Assembly: GCA_964406075.1 (NCBI GenBank)
Contig: CAYOQI010000001.1
Location: 197,015-261,014, forward strand
Source of the DNA: an uncultured Pseudomonadales bacterium
Lineage (GTDB): Bacteria; Patescibacteriota; Microgenomatia; UBA1400; PJMF01
Reading direction: 5' to 3'
Length of the DNA: 64,000 bases
In this document: in pieces, positions 37,145 through 46,960 of the stretch
Layout: every line of letters starts with the position of its first letter
Numbering within the stretch: the first letter of the stretch is position 1
The notes under the pieces: model-generated
Told to the model about the DNA's origin: nothing
The model's database searches: none
Seen by the model: the letters and a program-made list of their open reading frames with translations, nothing else
Position numbers and translations under genes: made by a program

Positions 37145-39136
37145 TCCCGCACCACCTCCACCACCGCCTCCTCCTCCGCCACCACCACCGGATGAACCGC
37201 CGGAAGAGCTAACACCTGATGCTCCGTAACCGGATGAAACTGAAGTGGATAATGAAGAAAAGGCATCTGAAATTCCAGAAAAAGCTGACGAAAAATTCGC
37301 TGATCCCATACCACTAGAACCTGAGTTCACTCCACTCCAATGTGCCATGACCAAAGCTTGATCAGCTTGAGAAAATTTGACTGGAAACTCCGACAATGCT
37401 TTCGCAGAAATTCCAAGCAGAGTTCCGTACACCAAATACTTTTCCCACAGAATGACAGAATCAATTGGGTACTCTTTTGTCTTTGCATACTCTTTCATAT
37501 GTTTTTTAAACGCTTCCCATTTTGAAGCTTCTGTCGCACCTTCGACTGTTTTTTTATGACTACTTGCTAAGAAAATAATTTCGATAATAAAATAAAGTGC
37601 ATTCAATGCGATGGCGATTACAGCCAAGACAATCACCCAAGCTTGAGTGGAATTAATAATCCAAGTGAAAAGTACCCACCACAAAATCACTTCAATAATG
37701 CCAAAGATAAATATCCACTGCACTCCAGCTGCCGCTTTTTGTGCAGCAATATCAAACAATTTTTGATCACCATTCATCTTCATGGCTTGCTTTTCAAATG
37801 ACTTGAAAAATGCATACGTGCTTGTTTTATGAGCTTTGCAGTATTTCACAATATCGTCTAGCTCAATTCCTTGAACTGATCCTTCTACCGAAGCAAATTC
37901 TTTTTTCCCAACTGAATGAAGAAAATTTTGAATTTTCTCATCGATAGAGTTTAACTTTTCATGCTTGTCCCACGAAGCTTCAGCGAAGTGGGAACCATGT
38001 TTTCCTTCAACTAAAGCATAAGCATATTTTCGAGATAAAAATCCTTTTTTATCCTGGCTTCGAACCAATCGGAATACTTTTTTTTGAACCAAACGCAGTA
38101 CTCCCGCCGTAAATGACTTTGCAGTTAGCGTTTCACTACTATTTAGGAGCTGTTCCACTTGCATCGGATGCAGATCACTTGGTGGTTCCCACAATCGACC
38201 TGACAGGTTAACAGCCGGGACAACAGGATCCTTGCCATATTTCATGAAGTTTCTGTACCGCTTGATAAATACCCAGGTAGAAAAGGCAATTGCCGCACCA
38301 ACCAATATTCCAAAAAAAGTTTGCTGGTTTTTGGTGGAAGCAATAAATTTGTTTTCCTGATTAATAATATCTTGGCGTGAATGTGTGCCGGCTACCCCTG
38401 AATCAACAAGCTCTTTCGCAAAAATGATTCGTCCTTCCAGGAACTTTCCACTCGATAGTCGTGGAGATGTAAAGGTCACTGTTTGAGCATCAGGGATGGC
38501 CACAACACCATTCAGCGGTCCATGCATCCAGGCTTGGATATCATCATTCTGAACAGGTTGAGGTAATGAAACTTGAACACGAATGTTTTGCTGCTCAGTT
38601 TCCCATCGATCACCGATAAATTTCCAATACAGTTCGGCCACATCTTGATGTTGAGTGACTGCATTCTCAATAGTATAGGAAAGATCAAACGTACGTTGCT
38701 CGTTGTACACGTCATAAAACCACTTGATGTAGTACGAGTCATGTTGCTCATCTACATAAAATGATCCAGCTCTCTCTTCTATTCCAAGATTATCTGCCGA
38801 TTGATCAGTTAATCGGTAGCACTCATCTTCATCCTTGCCCCTCGTAGCTTTAGCGAAGTGGGGACAAATCTTAAAGTTCGATAACTCATACTGTTCAGTT
38901 CGACCTGAGCCATATGTTTCATTCGCATTTTTTAAAATTTCTAAATAGGCAAAGGAAAAACTTCCTTCAAAAGCATAGGTTCTTGACTCAGTTACATCCA
39001 TTGATCCATCAGGATTTATTTTTGCATCAATCGTAACCTGAGGAATTGAAAAGGACTTATCCGCCAAAACTCGTTTAGGCAAAAAAGAAGCGAGTAAAAA
39101 GAAAACGAAGGTAGCAAAAAATGCTTTTTTGAACAT
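37142..39136 (-). CDS. DUF2207 domain membrane protein with a poly-Gly C-terminus
   Basis: Signal peptide, large N-terminal ectodomain, TM cluster and a tail SSGGSSGGGGGGGGGGGGGAG typical of DUF2207. Confidence 0.75.
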   Translation of the reverse strand: MFKKAFFATFVFFLLASFLPKRVLADKSFSIPQVTIDAKINPDGSMDVTESRTYAFEGSFSFAYLEILKNANETYGSGRTEQYELSNFKICPHFAKATRGKDEDECYRLTDQSADNLGIEERAGSFYVDEQHDSYYIKWFYDVYNEQRTFDLSYTIENAVTQHQDVAELYWKFIGDRWETEQQNIRVQVSLPQPVQNDDIQAWMHGPLNGVVAIPDAQTVTFTSPRLSSGKFLEGRIIFAKELVDSGVAGTHSRQDIINQENKFIASTKNQQTFFGILVGAAIAFSTWVFIKRYRNFMKYGKDPVVPAVNLSGRLWEPPSDLHPMQVEQLLNSSETLTAKSFTAGVLRLVQKKVFRLVRSQDKKGFLSRKYAYALVEGKHGSHFAEASWDKHEKLNSIDEKIQNFLHSVGKKEFASVEGSVQGIELDDIVKYCKAHKTSTYAFFKSFEKQAMKMNGDQKLFDIAAQKAAAGVQWIFIFGIIEVILWWVLFTWIINSTQAWVIVLAVIAIALNALYFIIEIIFLASSHKKTVEGATEASKWEAFKKHMKEYAKTKEYPIDSVILWEKYLVYGTLLGISAKALSEFPVKFSQADQALVMAHWSGVNSGSSGMGSANFSSAFSGISDAFSSLSTSVSSGYGASGVSSSGGSSGGGGGGGGGGGGGAG

Positions 39137-39161
39137 ATCTATACTTTCTAACTGTTAACTG

Positions 39162-39191
39162 TCCGCCCAAGGCGGATCCGCCTTGGGCGGA
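39162..39191. repeat. Perfect 30-bp GC-rich palindrome TCCGCCCAAGGCGGATCCGCCTTGGGCGGA
   Basis: Verified base by base as its own reverse complement. It can also fold as two tandem 6-bp hairpins. It lies 26 nt upstream of the ATG at 39136. Confidence 0.8.
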
Positions 39192-39240
39192 ACTAACTGA
39201 TAACTATGTTTAGTATATTCCTCTTTCTGCCGTTCTCAAC

Positions 39241-39286
39241 TTCCTCCAACACCTTTCCCCTCTTAGAGGGGAAATACAAAGGGGAG
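39241..39286. repeat. Possible degenerate R2-like element
   Basis: TTCCCCTC-tta-GAGGGGAA hairpin followed by AAAGGGGAG. It lacks the second hairpin, so assignment is uncertain. Confidence 0.35.
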
Positions 39287-39371
39287 TTTAAAATAGAATG
39301 AACAATTTAACAATTTAATTTTTATCTACTGTTTCTTCCCTCTTCACTCTTGCATCGGTTATGATTAATGC

Positions 39372-39845
39372 ATGAACAACACTGACTTTCTTGCAGTTTT
39401 CAAAAATCCATTATTTCTTCTTCTCGCTTGTTTAACTCTCTGTACTGTTTTCATCGCCGGAGTCGTCGTAGGAGGGAAACAATTTGAAACAGATAAAGTT
39501 GTCCCGCCAACTTATGAATACATGGATGATACTCTTCCTCCAGATGCCTATCCGGATAAATCACCACAACCTCCGTATCCTCCTCAAGAATCAATGGTGC
39601 CTTCCAGTAATAATGGCTGCGTTCCGGCAGGCTGTAGTGGAGAAATTTGTGCTGATGAAAATAGTAGTAATACAGTTATTTCAACTTGTGAATTACAGCC
39701 TGAATATGTTTGCTACCAACAATATGGAAAATGTGAACGAAATAAATACGGCGATTGCGCTTGGACAACCAATACTGAATTTGAACAATGCTACCAGAAA
39801 GAAACTGGAAGAATTTATTTAGAGAATCCTCAAGCTTTGTATTAA
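39372..39845 (+). CDS. secreted cysteine-rich protein (eight-Cys cluster C-terminal domain)
   Basis: N-terminal TM/signal segment, Pro-rich linker, then CVPAGCSGEIC...C...C...C...C...C (8 Cys). Confidence 0.55.
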   Translation: MNNTDFLAVFKNPLFLLLACLTLCTVFIAGVVVGGKQFETDKVVPPTYEYMDDTLPPDAYPDKSPQPPYPPQESMVPSSNNGCVPAGCSGEICADENSSNTVISTCELQPEYVCYQQYGKCERNKYGDCAWTTNTEFEQCYQKETGRIYLENPQALY

Positions 39846-39861
39846 CTTCTTAAATTGGAAA

Positions 39862-41055
39862 TTACCTCGGCACAACTCGAAATATTTTATCGTCGCCTGG
39901 ATTCACATCACCTCGACTATCTCGATTACTGGTGGAAAAGTAAATTGATCCATCCGGTCCTTCAGTAATTTCTCGAACTCGGCCGACATCGATTCCTGCC
40001 ATTTTTTCATACTGCACAACTTCTCCACTTTCGACATGAAGGATAAAAATGCCTTCGCCTTTTAATCCCCCAAAGAAAAAATGATTGGTCCATTGAGGAA
40101 AGGTTGAACTTTTGTAAAACATTCCTGAAGCGGGAGCGACGGCTGGAGTATATACAATCAAGGGATCAACCAAACCGTCTTTGGATTTTTCGTGAGACAC
40201 AATCGGCCAGCCATAATTTTTTCCAGCTTCAATTAAATTCACTTCATCTCCACCAGCAGGCCCATCAAATAGCGAGGGGCCGTGTTCGGTCTCAAACAAC
40301 TGACCGGTCAAAGGATGCCAATCGATTCCTTGCGGATTTCGATGACCGAGTGAATAAACAGGGGAGTTAGGAAAAGGATTGTCAGAAGGAATCGAGCCAT
40401 CTGCGTTTAATCGCAGAACTTTGCCCCCTAAACTATTCATGTCTTGAGCAATATTTTTATCTGTCGCATCACCGGTCGTAACGTACAGCTTGCCGTCAGG
40501 TCCAAACTTCACTCGACATCCCGCATGATATTGTGCGGCTGGAATGTTATCTAGAATCACCGTTTCATCGGTTAACGAACTTCCCTGATCTGTTAGACGA
40601 ACCACTCTTGCATTCATCTCATTCCCTTGTTGCCCGGCATAACAAAAATAGAGATACTTATTTTTTTGATACTCAGGATCCATCGCCATTCCCATCAAAC
40701 CTTCTTCAGATTGTTGCGACACGTTCGCGAATGTATGAAGGGGCTGAGCTTGCAATGAACCATTTTCAATAATACGAACTTTTCCATTTCGCTCTGTTAC
40801 TAACATACGATCTGAAGTAGAAAAAACAATGCTCCACGGCACAAAAAGTCCAGAAGCGACCTCTTCCACTTTCGTTTCCACTGGAACAGTAGAGCTCGAA
40901 GAGTTCCCGATATCTTCAAGGGAATTATCAATTCTTTTAACCAGTTCTTGCGAAGTCGGTATTGATTGAAAAAGGGCAAAGTACGTAATCGCCCATCTCC
41001 CTACAAAAAGGAGAATGATGAATAAGAAAAGCCCAACCAAAATTTTTTTATTCAT
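39862..41055 (-). CDS. PQQ-dependent sugar dehydrogenase (soluble GSDH / sorbosone dehydrogenase family)
   Basis: GLMGMAMDPEY, GHRNPQGIDWHP and NYGWP motifs. N-terminal anchor. Confidence 0.85.
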   Translation of the reverse strand: MNKKILVGLFLFIILLFVGRWAITYFALFQSIPTSQELVKRIDNSLEDIGNSSSSTVPVETKVEEVASGLFVPWSIVFSTSDRMLVTERNGKVRIIENGSLQAQPLHTFANVSQQSEEGLMGMAMDPEYQKNKYLYFCYAGQQGNEMNARVVRLTDQGSSLTDETVILDNIPAAQYHAGCRVKFGPDGKLYVTTGDATDKNIAQDMNSLGGKVLRLNADGSIPSDNPFPNSPVYSLGHRNPQGIDWHPLTGQLFETEHGPSLFDGPAGGDEVNLIEAGKNYGWPIVSHEKSKDGLVDPLIVYTPAVAPASGMFYKSSTFPQWTNHFFFGGLKGEGIFILHVESGEVVQYEKMAGIDVGRVREITEGPDGSIYFSTSNRDSRGDVNPGDDKIFRVVPR

Positions 41056-41057
41056 AT

Positions 41058-41498
41058 TTAAATCCTCGCTTCTTCATTAATTCCCACCTCTTCTTCCACT
41101 TCTTCATCCGCAATTTCTTCCACTAATTTCTTCAATGGGTCAAGATAAAACGAACGCCATCCTTCTTCGATTGAGATTAGCTCTGTGTCCGGAATTCCTT
41201 CGTGTATCAGTTCCAACTCGGTCTTTCCAGCTACAGATTTTAAATTAAACGTTACAGTTGAAAAAGGAACTTCTCCCCACTTTTTCTCTTTCCATTCTTG
41301 AACCAATTTATGTCGAGGATCGACCTGAGTGTTTTTTCCAAAAATATCTCCACCCCAAAGTGAAAAAGCATCTTCAGGCATGGCTGACATTTTTGCGGGT
41401 CCACCACCCCATTCCTCAATCATGGCTGGATCTGTCAACGCTTGCCAAACCAAATTCACCGGTGCATCAATCATGTAAGACTGTCGTAAATTTTTCAT
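41058..41498 (-). CDS. SRPBCC / AHSA1 (Aha1-like START-fold) family protein
   Basis: VWQALTDPAMIEEWGGGPA...F.LWGG pattern. Confidence 0.7.
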   Translation of the reverse strand: MKNLRQSYMIDAPVNLVWQALTDPAMIEEWGGGPAKMSAMPEDAFSLWGGDIFGKNTQVDPRHKLVQEWKEKKWGEVPFSTVTFNLKSVAGKTELELIHEGIPDTELISIEEGWRSFYLDPLKKLVEEIADEEVEEEVGINEEARI

Positions 41499-41584
41499 AT
41501 ACCATTCATTGTAAAGCGGTAAGAAAAAACTTGAAAGGTTCTGTCTTCCTTTATTCTGTATTCTATCTTCTGTATACTATTACC

Positions 41585-43318
41585 ATGCTTCTTCTGATTC
41601 CTTTTGCTTTTCTTGCTGGAATTGTCACTATTCTTTCTCCGTGTATTCTTCCCATTCTGCCAATTATTTTGTCCGGTGCAGTCGGTGAAAACAAACGCAA
41701 ACCCCTTGGAATCGTTCTTGGCTTCGTTGCCAGTTTTACTTTTTTCACTTTATTTCTCACTACTCTCGTCAAACTCAGTGGTGTGTCACCAGATTTAATT
41801 CGCCAACTTTCCATCGTCATCATTTTCTTATTCGGAATAACTTTGATCGTCCCACAAGCCCAACTCTGGATAGAACGCATGTTCAGTGCAATTTCGTCTA
41901 AATTTCAAATCAATCAAAATAATAAATCAGGCATTGGTGGCGGAATAATAATTGGAGCGAGTTTAGGTCTGCTGTGGACACCGTGTGTCGGACCGATTCT
42001 CGCAACAGTTATTTCTTTAGCATTAACCGAAACAGTAACCGCTAGCGCCGTATTCATCACGCTTGCGTATGCACTTGGAACCGCAATTCCCATGTTTGTG
42101 ATTATGCGTGGCGGGCAAAGTGTTTTGCAAAAAAATCGATGGCTTCTCACACGTGGTGCATTGATCCAACAAATTTTTGGCGTGATCATGATTGCTACCG
42201 CAGTCGTGCTCAATTTCAATATTGACCGAAAATTTCAGACCTATATTCTCCAAACTTTTCCAAACTACGGAACAGGTCTTACTACATTTGAACAAAATGA
42301 TTGGGTGAACTCTGCACTCCAAAGTATTCGTGGAACATCAGGAACTCCGGATAAATACAAAAAATCTGGCATCATGCTTCAAAACTACGGGTCAGCTCCA
42401 GAATTAGTAGCTGGTGGTGAATGGCTCAATACTGATCCATTAACACTTGCTGGGTTGAAAGGGAAAGTGGTGCTCATCGATTTCTGGACATACACCTGTA
42501 TAAACTGCATCCGCACACTCCCGTATTTAAGAACGTGGGACGAAAAATATCGTGACAAAGGTTTAACCATTATTGGTGTTCACGCTCCCGAATTTGAATT
42601 TGAAAAAAATGTTGAGAATGTTAAAAAAGCTGCCTCTGACTTTGAATTACAGTATCCCATCATGCAAGATAATAATTTTGAAACGTGGAAAGCCTTTGAA
42701 AATCGATATTGGCCAGCTAAGTATTTGATTGATAAAGACGGCAATATTCGCTATGTTCACTTTGGAGAAGGAGAATATGATGAGACCGAACAAGCCATTC
42801 AACAGCTACTAAACGAATCAGGCCAAGAGGTGACGGAGGAAATTAATAATCCCCAATATCAGTTGAGTAGAACAACTCCTGAACTCTACCTTGGCTATGC
42901 ACGCATGGAGTATGACTACTCACCAGAAATTGCTGTTCAGCCAGATAAATTAACCACTTACCCCGAAAAAGATTCTTCCAAAATTCCATTGAATAATTTT
43001 AGTTTCGTTGGTAATTGGACCGTGAATAATGAATCATCATTATCTGAAGTGAACTCAAAATTTATCTTAAAATTCCGCGCCAAAGAAGTATTTTTAGTTA
43101 TGAATCCAAATGATGATACGTCAGTAACTGTGGAAGTTTTGCTGGACGGTCAGCCTGTTTCTGCTGACATAGCTGGAGAAGACGTAATCGATGGAAAAGT
43201 GTTAATTGATGCCGACCACTTGTATAAATTGATTAAATTACCAGAATCCGGAGATCACACCTTGGAGATTCGTTTCCCGGAAGGAAATGTCGAAGTCTTC
43301 GCATTTACATTTGGGTAA
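41585..43318 (+). CDS. DipZ-like thiol:disulfide oxidoreductase (CcdA/DsbD TM domain + TlpA-like thioredoxin + C-terminal beta-rich domain)
   Basis: LSPCILPILP and WTPCVGP (the CcdA cysteines), then WTYTCINC (CxxC). Start placed at the ATG at 41585, because the track ORF start at 41258 overlaps the SRPBCC gene on the other strand. Confidence 0.85.
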   Translation: MLLLIPFAFLAGIVTILSPCILPILPIILSGAVGENKRKPLGIVLGFVASFTFFTLFLTTLVKLSGVSPDLIRQLSIVIIFLFGITLIVPQAQLWIERMFSAISSKFQINQNNKSGIGGGIIIGASLGLLWTPCVGPILATVISLALTETVTASAVFITLAYALGTAIPMFVIMRGGQSVLQKNRWLLTRGALIQQIFGVIMIATAVVLNFNIDRKFQTYILQTFPNYGTGLTTFEQNDWVNSALQSIRGTSGTPDKYKKSGIMLQNYGSAPELVAGGEWLNTDPLTLAGLKGKVVLIDFWTYTCINCIRTLPYLRTWDEKYRDKGLTIIGVHAPEFEFEKNVENVKKAASDFELQYPIMQDNNFETWKAFENRYWPAKYLIDKDGNIRYVHFGEGEYDETEQAIQQLLNESGQEVTEEINNPQYQLSRTTPELYLGYARMEYDYSPEIAVQPDKLTTYPEKDSSKIPLNNFSFVGNWTVNNESSLSEVNSKFILKFRAKEVFLVMNPNDDTSVTVEVLLDGQPVSADIAGEDVIDGKVLIDADHLYKLIKLPESGDHTLEIRFPEGNVEVFAFTFG

Positions 43319-43320
43319 AA

Positions 43321-44010
43321 TCAGGAAGATATTTCTTCGTTCTTCTCATTATCATCATGTTTTGATCTTTCATTTTTCCCATGGATTGCAAATTGTTCTG
43401 CATCAGACTTCATAACTACTAAACCTGACACAGCTGTACTGATAAACATAACAAAAAGACAGTTATTTAAAAAAAAGATTGGATCCAGGTCTACTTGCTC
43501 AGGAAATCGTAACACCTGACTAGAAACTTCACCGGCAAAACCAAGAATCATTCCACCAATAATTATCACAGAAGAACTTGCGGAAAAGTTCATAACATCA
43601 ACTGCTGTTTTCAGCGTTGCATCAAATGTTAAAGTTCCTTGTAAATAATCAATTAAATGTCGTAATTCGTGTTGAAGCGTTTTCTTCTTTTTAAAAGGGA
43701 GATAGAGTAGTATTTTTTCAGAATTAGTTTCAGGATCTTGAATGAAATTTATCATTCCTGTATTTGATAAAATCCGTAAAGCTAAACCCAATCGAAGCAC
43801 AGGATTAAAATCTTTCTTCATCATCTCTTGAACTTTAGAAACATACTGAAAAGGTGTCGCAACAACTTCTATTGTTGAAACAAGAGTCTTTTTTTCCTCA
43901 AGTAATCCTTCAACTTTCATCTCCTGAGCGAGCAAATATAACTCTTCCATTACTTCTTTTTTTGAAAAACCCCAATCTCTTCTTGAAGATTCATTATTTT
44001 GCTCAATCAT
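43321..44010 (-). CDS. hypothetical membrane protein with an HEXXH motif (possible zinc peptidase)
   Basis: LQHELRHLIDY, with C-terminal TM helices. Motif-level evidence only. Confidence 0.4.
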   Translation of the reverse strand: MIEQNNESSRRDWGFSKKEVMEELYLLAQEMKVEGLLEEKKTLVSTIEVVATPFQYVSKVQEMMKKDFNPVLRLGLALRILSNTGMINFIQDPETNSEKILLYLPFKKKKTLQHELRHLIDYLQGTLTFDATLKTAVDVMNFSASSSVIIIGGMILGFAGEVSSQVLRFPEQVDLDPIFFLNNCLFVMFISTAVSGLVVMKSDAEQFAIHGKNERSKHDDNEKNEEISS

Positions 44011-44037
44011 GTAAATATCTTATCTTATTTTCTATTT

Positions 44038-44460
44038 CTACGCAGCTTTTTTCTTTGTATGTGATTTTTTAAAATAATCCTGTAATTTTTCAACAATCAT
44101 ATTCCAATCTTTTTCTACTTCTTCTCTTTCAGTTTTAGGAATATTTTTTACTTCAATTTCCAACTCTGTTTCATCATTTACTTCATACATCTCTAATTCA
44201 ACTTCCGCGAATACACCTTCATCCCATTGTTCTCTCTTCCATTCAAAAATTATTTTTTTAAAAGGACGAACGAGTCGAATAATTTTTCCGTCCATTCTTC
44301 GGCCGGCAACATTCCAATTAAATGGATGACCAATTGTGGCACTCATTTGAGAAGAGCCCGAGCCGAGCCATTTTTCAATATTACTTTCAAGCAGAAAAGC
44401 CTCCCAAATTTGTTCAGGTGTTCCGTCTAAACGATATTCTTTGCGAAATGGTCTATCCAT
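44038..44460 (-). CDS. SRPBCC / AHSA1 family protein (second copy)
   Basis: GTPEQIWEAFL...IEKWLG pattern. Start placed at MDRPFRKEY, downstream of the terminator. Confidence 0.65.
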   Translation of the reverse strand: MDRPFRKEYRLDGTPEQIWEAFLLESNIEKWLGSGSSQMSATIGHPFNWNVAGRRMDGKIIRLVRPFKKIIFEWKREQWDEGVFAEVELEMYEVNDETELEIEVKNIPKTEREEVEKDWNMIVEKLQDYFKKSHTKKKAA

Positions 44461-44475
44461 AGTGAGTATTATCTT

Positions 44476-44512
44476 AATAAAACTACCCAACTCTTTTGTA
44501 AGAATTGGGTAG
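44476..44512 (-). terminator. intrinsic terminator after the DUF4349 gene
   Basis: Minus strand reads CTACCCAA-(14 nt)-TTGGGTAG followed by TTTTATTA. Confidence 0.55.
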
Positions 44513-44544
44513 GAAATTGTACAGTGTAAAACGATGAACCGGAA

Positions 44545-45492
44545 TTAAACACTTCTCATCATTCTTCGAGCAATGATCACAATCACGACTCCAGCCAATA
44601 ATATCGGACTGTACACGACTGCCCAAATTGCTAGGTTTGCAATGCCTCGCACATGCATCATGAGAGATCGGACAGCGGTCTTGAAGACAACTTGAGGTCT
44701 CCATGGTTCACCTGGCGCATATGGTAATGATAATTCATCCGTTGATAAGTACAGCGTTACTAAGCTGGATTTACTGGTATTTTCAAGGTATTTTAATTGA
44801 CCAGTCAAACTATCAATTTGATCTTGGACATTAAAAATTGATTGTTGGACTCGTAAAATTTCATCCACATCTGTCGCCCGTCCTAACATATCTTGATAGA
44901 TCTGCTTGGTTCGATTCAAAGTTTCCAGTCTCGCTTGAACATCCGTGAATTGATCAGTGACGTCAGTTCCCATCACATTTTCAGAAACGACTCGAACTGA
45001 TGCTCCACGTACTTTTTCCAAGTACTCATCAAGTCGGTCACTGGGAACACGCACAGTCAGATTTCCATTTCCACCTTCTTCAGGTCGATTAATACTTGAA
45101 TTGACCATGAATCCACCGGCTGTTTCTGCGTCACCCTTGAGCTGGCGAATACTCGCTGCAACATCTTTAACTAACAATGAGAAATTTGTATCAGTCACCA
45201 CTTTTCGGTCAGCTGCATTTAAATCTGTGCTATTTCCACCAAACGGAGGCATGATTGAGCTGGTTCTCATCCCATAATCCATAGCAGGAGCGCCCATTGC
45301 AGTCATTCCAACACTTTCCGCTTTTTCATACGAGTCATACCCTTGATAGCTTGGAGAAATTGAGGGTGCAGCCATTCTCATCACATTGATACCAAACAGT
45401 CCTCCAAAAATACTCCACCCTACATACAAAACGACTAAACCAATAACTGTTAAAAATTTGTGAGTTTGCACCCAAACTATGAGATTTTTCAT
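44545..45492 (-). CDS. DUF4349 domain protein
   Basis: N- and C-terminal TM segments with a coiled-coil core (VTDQFTDVQARLETL...IDSLTGQLKYLEN). Confidence 0.7.
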   Translation of the reverse strand: MKNLIVWVQTHKFLTVIGLVVLYVGWSIFGGLFGINVMRMAAPSISPSYQGYDSYEKAESVGMTAMGAPAMDYGMRTSSIMPPFGGNSTDLNAADRKVVTDTNFSLLVKDVAASIRQLKGDAETAGGFMVNSSINRPEEGGNGNLTVRVPSDRLDEYLEKVRGASVRVVSENVMGTDVTDQFTDVQARLETLNRTKQIYQDMLGRATDVDEILRVQQSIFNVQDQIDSLTGQLKYLENTSKSSLVTLYLSTDELSLPYAPGEPWRPQVVFKTAVRSLMMHVRGIANLAIWAVVYSPILLAGVVIVIIARRMMRSV

Positions 45493-45545
45493 AACTCAAG
45501 TATACTCCCTGCTTTTTTACTCTTACAAGACTATAATATAGATGC

Positions 45546-45609
45546 TGTCATCCTCGACGCGATTCTTTTTTAATTATATTAAAAAAGAAATCGAGCATCG
45601 GGGATCCAG
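45546..45609 (+). repeat. R1-family hairpin repeat, long solo copy
   Basis: TGTCATCCTCGAC-GCGATTCTTTTTTAAT...ATTAAAAAAGAAATCGAGC-ATCGGGGATCCAG. Its outer stem is identical to that of 61906-61968. The inner stem differs but still pairs. Confidence 0.75.
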
Positions 45610-45632
45610 AAAATTAAAGTAACTAAACAACC

Positions 45633-46418
45633 ATGCCCTTTCATTCACGAAAACCAACATCAGCTCGCTCTCGCTCTTCCACATCTTGGCAACCAGTAAC
45701 GAAGTGGTACGACAAACTTGTCGGTGACCAAGGTCAGGAATACCACGAACGACTCATTTTGCCTGAACTCTTTAAGCATCTTCAGTTAAGTGAAGACGAT
45801 GCTTTGCTCGATGTGGGCTGTGGACAAGGTATCCTCGCTCGTCATATTTCCAGTACTACCAAGTATGTGGGTGTCGATGCATCCGCAGGGCTCATTTCAG
45901 CCGCTAAAAAAAGAGATGAAAATCGACTGCATACCTATGTATTAGCAGATGCCACCAAACCACTGAAAGTAAAAGATAATTTTTCTCATGCTATCTTCAT
46001 GCTCAGTTTGCAAAACATGGAAAATGCTGATCAAGCAATTAAAAATGTGGCCGGAAAATTACGAAGAAATGGAAAACTCATTCTGGTTCTGAATCACCCT
46101 GCTTTTCGAATTCCACGTCAGTCCAGTTGGGGAGTTGATGAAAAAAATAAAACTCAGTACAGAAGAATTGATCGGTATCGTGGATTTTTAAAAATTCCCA
46201 TCACAGCCCATCCGGGAAAAAAAAGTAGTCCTGTCACCTGGTCATATCATTACTCGCTTGAACAATTGAGCACTTTCCTTCATGAAAGTGGCTTTGTGAT
46301 CGAACACTTGAAAGAGCTGTACTCAGGACGAGTCAGTGAAGGCAAAGCCGCCAAAATGGAAAACCGTGCGCGAGGTGAATTTCCATTATTCTTAATGATC
46401 ATCGCCACCAAAAAGTAA
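45633..46418 (+). CDS. class I SAM-dependent methyltransferase
   Basis: LLDVGCGQGIL motif I. Confidence 0.85.
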   Translation: MPFHSRKPTSARSRSSTSWQPVTKWYDKLVGDQGQEYHERLILPELFKHLQLSEDDALLDVGCGQGILARHISSTTKYVGVDASAGLISAAKKRDENRLHTYVLADATKPLKVKDNFSHAIFMLSLQNMENADQAIKNVAGKLRRNGKLILVLNHPAFRIPRQSSWGVDEKNKTQYRRIDRYRGFLKIPITAHPGKKSSPVTWSYHYSLEQLSTFLHESGFVIEHLKELYSGRVSEGKAAKMENRARGEFPLFLMIIATKK

Positions 46419-46433
46419 TTCACTTGTCTTGTT

Positions 46434-46573
46434 TGTCATCCAGAGTACTCTGGTGTAATCACCAGAAACGAAGGATCCCGTCGATCATTGGAATAAAATG
46501 TTTACTTCGCATCTCAATAGCAACTACCGGATCCTTCACTTCTCGCGAGTACGCTAGAATGTTCTGGATGACA
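46434..46573. repeat. Complete R1 element, inverted pair (MITE-like, 140 bp)
   Basis: Left half 46434-46483 is TGTCATCCAGA...GAAGGATCCCGTCG. Right half 46528-46573 is CCGGATCCTTCAC...TCTGGATGACA. Both halves align with those of 33216-33350. Confidence 0.7.
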
Positions 46574-46960
46574 GCAACCAATCAACAGATAAATTTCCCT
46601 TCCCCTTTCATTTCCTTACCAAATTTTGTACAATGTGCATACTGTATTGCGTTTTATCGAACATTAAGTAAAACAATTGAAGTTATGGAGAATATTTTTT
46701 CAAACTACTCGAGAAACACCAGCCTTATTTCCCTGAAATTGATACGGGACACTGTTGTCGACCGACTAACTGACTTTTCTCCACTTCTGAGATAAATTTC
46801 TCACACCTCGATAAACGCTTCCAGGTCTTAATTGCCACTGTTTTTTTGGTGATCAAGAATTTTTACAACCTTGTAACAATGCAAACAATGTAACCCGAGA
46901 AAAAGTCATGGGTGAAAACCATCCAATGAATCATTATCTCGGCTTGCAAGAAAGACCCGT

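Noticed and set aside
37142-37200. Poly-glycine run as a slipped-strand or phase-variation tract
   Set aside because: The Gly codons are mixed (the plus strand reads cca/ccg/cct/ccc combinations), so this is not a homopolymer or a simple repeat. Gly-rich tails are normal for DUF2207 proteins.
41258-41584. N-terminal 109 codons of the track ORF 41258..43318
   Set aside because: This part overlaps the well-supported SRPBCC gene (41058..41498) on the opposite strand. The recognisable CcdA/DipZ domain begins at the ATG at 41585 (MLLLIPFAFLAG...).
46424-46795. 123-aa plus-strand ORF after the methyltransferase gene
   Set aside because: Its first 50 codons are translations of the two R1 repeat halves (…SRVLWCNHQKRRIPS… and …GSFTSREYARMFWMT…). 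The remainder has no RBS or protein-like features. I treat it as a repeat-generated artefact.
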